Assembly: GCA_012295275.1 (NCBI GenBank)
Contig: CM022671.1
Coordinates: 16,120,001 to 16,184,000, forward strand
Source: Chrysomallon squamiferum
Lineage: Eukaryota > Animalia > Mollusca
Direction: 5' to 3'
DNA length: 64,000 bases
Shown here piece by piece: positions 59,201-64,000 of the stretch. The notes beneath the pieces were generated by a model. That model worked only from the letters and a program-made list of their open reading frames with translations, ran no database searches and was not told the DNA's origin. The translations under genes were made by a program, and so were the position numbers. How positions within the stretch are numbered: position 1 is the first letter of the stretch; each line of letters starts with the position of its first letter.

Positions 59201-61748
59201 AAACGTCTTGGACGACGTTGTCAGAGTTACTGTCAATTTCCTCTCAGGCGTTTTAGCCAGTAATAAAATTAAGTGCGGGCTCTTAGGCAGGAGGAAGCTA
59301 ACACAAAATGGCAACTGCTGTAATATTTTTTTTTTTGCGATAACAATGACAATAAAAAATTTTAAAAAGTTTTGACAACTCTTTTTCTTTTTTCTTTTTT
59401 TTTAAAGTTAAGCTGTAGGATTAAAATAAAGTCTCTTGCTGATACATTGTAAAATTTTCAGAAAACTCGCTGTGAGTCATGCGATGTTGATAGTTATCAA
59501 TGTGCAAATCCCTGATCAATGCTGATGTATCGCTATTTCGTTTTCGTCCAAGATTTTGAAATATTTTAAAATCTATTTTACTGTGGTATTATTCTTCTTC
59601 TTCTTCTTCTTCTTATTATTATTATTATTATTACGCTGGTGTTCTCTGACGTTATAAGCAGTCGGGGTCTTCAATGTCGATTTTTGTTAGATTTTTTACC
59701 TTAAGCGTATTTCCTTCAACGGTAACGGAGACTGTTTTGATTCCTTCTGAAAGGTTGAAATTCTGGTAGAAGTCACAAGTCACAGGGTCAGCAGCTCTGA
59801 GAAATGATTTTGAATCCGTCATCACGATAGAACCATCAACGTCTACGATATTACCTGGAATAATACGTTACATTACTGTAATGAAACAATATGTTTGTAA
59901 TTATTATATTATAATAACGTCCATACATACTTAAACATATACATGTACATATATACAGATATACACATATACATACATTTACATATACATATGTTTATAT
60001 ATGTGTGTGTGTGTGTGTGGGTGTGGGTGTGGGTGTGGGTGTGTGAGCGCTCAGTCATGACCTATCTCATGAATTTAAACTGTTTCATGTTGATGATGGA
60101 TATTGCATTTGTAATGGTATTTGTGTATTCATGCATCACTTAAGGAAAAAATTATTAATATAACTTAAACATCCCTTCAAATATTTTCCGTTTATCTCAG
60201 TATTAACGATAATGAAGCAAGAATTTTTTTTTTTTTTTTTTTTTTTTTTTGAGTTTCTCTTTTGTTTTTCATGAGTTTTCGAAAATAATTTTTAAAATAA
60301 ACGAAACATGCTTGTACAGATCGTATTCTCATTTGCACTGAATATAAAAGCATTCGTTCTATGTGATGGTTATAATTTAAGATTTTTTTTCAATTAATTA
60401 TCTGACATAATAAATTCTTGTTTGCATGACATATAAACGGTTTTATGATTTTTTTTTTATAAAGTCCTTTCAAAGATAAAAGGAAAGAAAATGAAATCAA
60501 AATAAGAAAAACGTGTTTAATATCGGTAATAATAAAATAATGATAACGGCAGATTTTCTTTTAGTGATATAATTTTTAATACATCTCGTTTCCCAGACAC
60601 TGTCTGTGGTTTTACTGGTTTTTATCAACTAGGCCTGGTCGTTAAACTAAAGCAGACCACATTTTGTCTAATTCTAACGAATAGCACGTGGTCGTAATTC
60701 CCTTTAATCGTTCGTCTTTACGGCGCACTGACGTTCCAGGCTTTTCACCTCCATATCCTTCCGCGCGAAACACGATAAGTATAGTTCAGCTTCACGTGAT
60801 CGCTGGGAAAAAGTTTAGCGGAGGCGATTTTGAAGAAATTTTTCATCTCCGTTTTACGATCAATCTTACAAGCAGAGTTTGCAGTCTATGGAGTAATTAT
60901 CAGTGGGATGGGGCAATAAAATACAGAACATTAAATCTTTCGTGTCGGAGTGTAAGAAAATAATGTGATATAATATCAGTCATTACAGTGAAGAGTTCTG
61001 TCGTTTTTACAGTGGTTTTCTCTTTGTTCTTTTATTTCGTTAAATTACAGACTGCGTGAATCAGCAGCTACAACACCGATCCACATTCCAGCCATACACT
61101 GAAAAACGATTAATATCTGTTAATTGCTAATATGAATTCAAAAACCCCATTAGAATAACAAAACAAAACAACAAAAACAAAGTCCAAAAATTATTATTAT
61201 TATTATTTTTATTATTACTATTTTTAAAGGATAAATTACCAAGTAATGTACGCAACAATTGGTAACAGGATAATTATCGAAGACAACATCAGTTATAATT
61301 TTTTTTTATATTATTACAGAAATAATAAAACTCCTGTAGAACATAATCTGGCTTTGATTTTAAGAGTCACTTATAAAATACAATTTAAAGAACTATGAGT
61401 AAACGACCACTCTATTACTTTCTCGAGCTTATTCGTTTAAGTCATGCGATCTTAATTTTTTGTAACTGATAAATATTTTTCGTTTACGAATGTATTCATG
61501 ATATCTAAGAGAAAATAATGTTCTTATTTATTTATTTAAATTTTTTTTTTTTTTTTCCTTTTTTTTTTGAGCATTGATTTTATTTTTTTTTTTGAAAATA
61601 TAAGGAAGACATTTTCAGACTTTGGTACGTTACTTTGTCTACGAGCGTACAAACATCGTTAAAGTGTAAAGCAACAACAATTAGTTCACAACTCACCTGC
61701 ATCGACTCCAGCAATACACACCGTGAGGTAAAGAAAAACATTGTTTAA
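50358..61748 (-). CDS. Gene C: secreted ~640-aa glycoprotein with a beta-rich N-terminal region, a Cys-rich CxCxFDxSRxDCACC module and a C-terminal Asp-box (BNR) motif
   Basis: Minus-strand GT-AG exons in consistent phase: 61748-61697, 59854-59700, 58298-58200, 57726-57618, 57271-56620, 55859-55685, 55234-55042, 54642-54478, 51591-51519, 50849-50797, 50545-50358 (TAA). Signal-peptide-like VFLYLTVCIAGVDA/G, at least 10 N-x-S/T sequons, and SKDGGQTW near the C-terminus. Start codon unresolved. Confidence 0.85.
51153..51385. mobile_element. Tc1-mariner/pogo (Tigger-like) MITE, ~233 bp
   Basis: TA|CAGGTTGAG...CTCAGCCTG|TA gives imperfect terminal inverted repeats with a TA target-site duplication, plus subterminal TCCGAAA/TTCGGA motifs. 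Confidence 0.8.
51633..51750. repeat. ~56-bp tandem duplication
   Basis: taacctcgtc...agaatacggtgttcgtgtgactgtatatt occurs twice, plus a partial third copy. Confidence 0.8.
52310..53205. repeat. Degenerate (CA/TA)n low-complexity tract
   Basis: About 900 bp of acac/atac/atat-rich intronic sequence. Confidence 0.85.
53340..53395 (-). mobile_element. Nin-domain SINE fragment
   Basis: The reverse complement reads ...GGTATTACAAAGGTTGTGGTATGTACTGTCTTGTCTATGGGATGGTGCA, matching my recollection of the Nin core (AAAGGCCGTGGTATGTACTATCCTGTCTGTGGGATGGTGCA). Confidence 0.65.
56620..57271 (-). CDS. Gene C largest exon (652 nt)
   Basis: Contains ORF 56616..57236; flanked by tag| and |gtaagt on the minus strand. 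Confidence 0.92.
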
Positions 61749-62677
61749 CTGAAAAATTTCATTTTTAATTTCATGAACGACCAACACCTGTCATACGTTA
61801 AATACAGTAAGTAAAACAAATCCCGAAAACGGATCTCGTTCACGAAGAGTATTTCTACATTTCGTTCTTATGTTTGCTTTCTTTAGGTTTTCTGAATATT
61901 CGATTTTCTCCGATTTCATACGTGTTTCGCATATTATATCGGTTCTGTATTGTCTTGCTGGGTAGGTGCGCTCAAGGTAACCCCTTTTCTGCTCTGTCGT
62001 AAAAAAAAAAATGGCTTGAATGATAAGAACAGAAAAATTGAAAAGAAAATAAATAATACAGAAATTTTATTCCAATTTTTTTCCCTTCTTATCAGGTTTA
62101 TGAAATAATAAGAAATAATGACAAAAATAACTAAGTAATTAATTGAATTTATATATATATATATTTTTTTTTTTTTTCACACCAGCACAAATTGTAAACT
62201 ACTGTTTAATTTTACCAGAATTTCAACGAAATTATTATGCATTTGTTTGGAATCACATTCTTCTTTTTTTTATACTTCTGATATTATTAATATTATTGGT
62301 AGAATGTTGGATTCGGAGCTGATGACCTTGTTTTAACATTTCAGTTCTTCTTTGGTCCGTTATTTTTCTGAAGACGACACCAAAAATGAAAACCTATATT
62401 GTACCTCCAGTGTTCGATACTTTGGTTAAGTTACGACCTACAATATCTTACAGTCACTTCACAAATTGGTCATTTCCAAACACTGTAAAAATTCAGTGTC
62501 GTGTATTTGATGGGGCAATTTCTACGCGTTTCTCGCATTTTATTGTACGGTATACAGAATTTTTAAAACCGTGTGGGCAATAATATATTTAAATAATAAT
62601 AATAATTTTTTTTTTTTTATAAAGTAACAGAAAGAGAATATACAGAAACGAAACGGCAAGTAACAGTATTAAATAAA

Positions 62678-62711
<34 letters not shown>

Positions 62712-64000
62712 TTGTCTTTATACACTTCTGCATCATAATTTTTTACAACAGATTTGCACTGAGCATATAAATCGTTTGAAGTACACATACAACAATCTTT
62801 TCAAACTGAATTAATTTTGTTTTCGTCTAGATTTTAATGACGTCTTCATTGCCGTGAAATAACGATACTGAAGACGGTGATTGAGTTGTTCCAGTGTTCC
62901 TGGTACAAATATCATTTCCACTTTATTTAAGTACTAACATAACCGCGTCTCTGTAGGTTTCGTGTTATAAGGTTTTCTAACCGTGTGTCTAGACAGCAGG
63001 ATATTGCTTAGAGCGCTGTTAGATGTAAAAACCACAATGGTTTCGTCTTATCGCGTTTTGTCTCAAGTTTTTCGATTTTGTATTATTAAATACAGGACAT
63101 CCTGACTTTACTCAGAAATACTTCATCATGTTTGAACAGTTTTTTCTTTCACAGAAGTTCTGGAAATTTCAGTCTCTGTAAAAACAAAATGATCAAAAGA
63201 AAAATACGTGGAAAAGTATTACTCTAAATTTACGTTAGTTAATATCTCAGACTGTGAGGTGCAAAAGTTTACCAATTTAAAATTCAAATACAGGGATATG
63301 TCGTAACAATAATTAAAAAGTAGTATTAAGAAAATCTAAGAAAAAAAAAATATTAATAAAACAGTATTAAAAAATAATAAAATGTAAACGACAAACTGTC
63401 TTTGCTGATTATAGATGAATAAAATATTTTTGAATTGTTATTTTTTTCTGACAACGTGGAATGACCATTGATACTAGCTATATACTGATTAAAACCGGCG
63501 AGCATCTCGTATACCGAATACCCAACTTAATAAAAGCATTTATTTATAATGTAAGGCTTGTGATTAAGTTTAAGTCATCTTTATAATCCAACTTTTAATT
63601 TTTTTATAATGAATCAGTTTGCTAAATGTAATAACAAATAAATAATGAATTTAGAGAAGAAAAAACAAAAACGAAAAAGACAACAAACAAAGTCACGATA
63701 TGTTCATATAAATTTAGTAACTCACATCAGTGTCAGTACAATAATATGACTCATACACTCATAATAGCCAAATCAACAGGCAGGCATCAAGATTACAGAG
63801 TACATAAATACATAGAGGTCAACCTCGTAATGGAATGAAACATCGCTGCATAAAGAAATAACAAAAACAATATTAAAACAAGATAATAATAATAAAGAAA
63901 AAAAAAAAAAAAAGAAAAGAAATGAAAATGTACAAATTCTGCAGCAGTGTATCATAAAAATAAAAGCATTTATGGAAAATGATCTTTTAATAACTTGATC

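Noticed and set aside
58980-59375. GC-richer block with short ORFs on both strands
   Set aside because: The flanking gene C exons join in phase without it and no motif is recognisable; it may be a regulatory element or repeat but I cannot support a call.

Overview
This is eukaryotic, AT-rich, microsatellite-dense genomic DNA from an invertebrate animal. It is probably a mollusc, because it carries fragments resembling the Nin-SINE domain (recognised from memory). Almost all six-frame ORFs are microsatellite artefacts; the real genes are spliced, and I rebuilt them by hand from GT-AG sites and intron phase. (1) Unit A (+, 2387-31221, 29 exons, ~1465 aa) has an N-terminal Cys/His motif, five ~60-aa 'RTKSGRLIEK' repeats (with a 1-nt frameshift near 8610), Ser/Tyr/basic 'SEGGTRH' repeats, one-exon-per-repeat 'EYDxxGRLI' units and a degenerate 4-EF-hand C-terminus. 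(2) Unit B (+, 34061-48600, 20 exons, ~1048 aa) is an exon-by-exon paralog of only the part of A downstream of exon 5. I found no in-frame first exon for it, and it is phase-compatible with A's exon-5 donor. The leading hypothesis is therefore one gene with shared 5' exons and two mutually exclusive ~1000-aa C-terminal cassettes. (3) Gene C (-, 61748-50358, at least 11 exons, ~640 aa) is convergent and encodes a secreted, sequon-rich protein with a CxCxFDxSRxDCACC module and an Asp-box; its start codon is unresolved. Introns hold a decayed MULE transposase, a pogo/Tigger-like MITE, SINE fragments and several minisatellites, four of which start at or just after splice donors. I cannot confidently assign any gene symbol.
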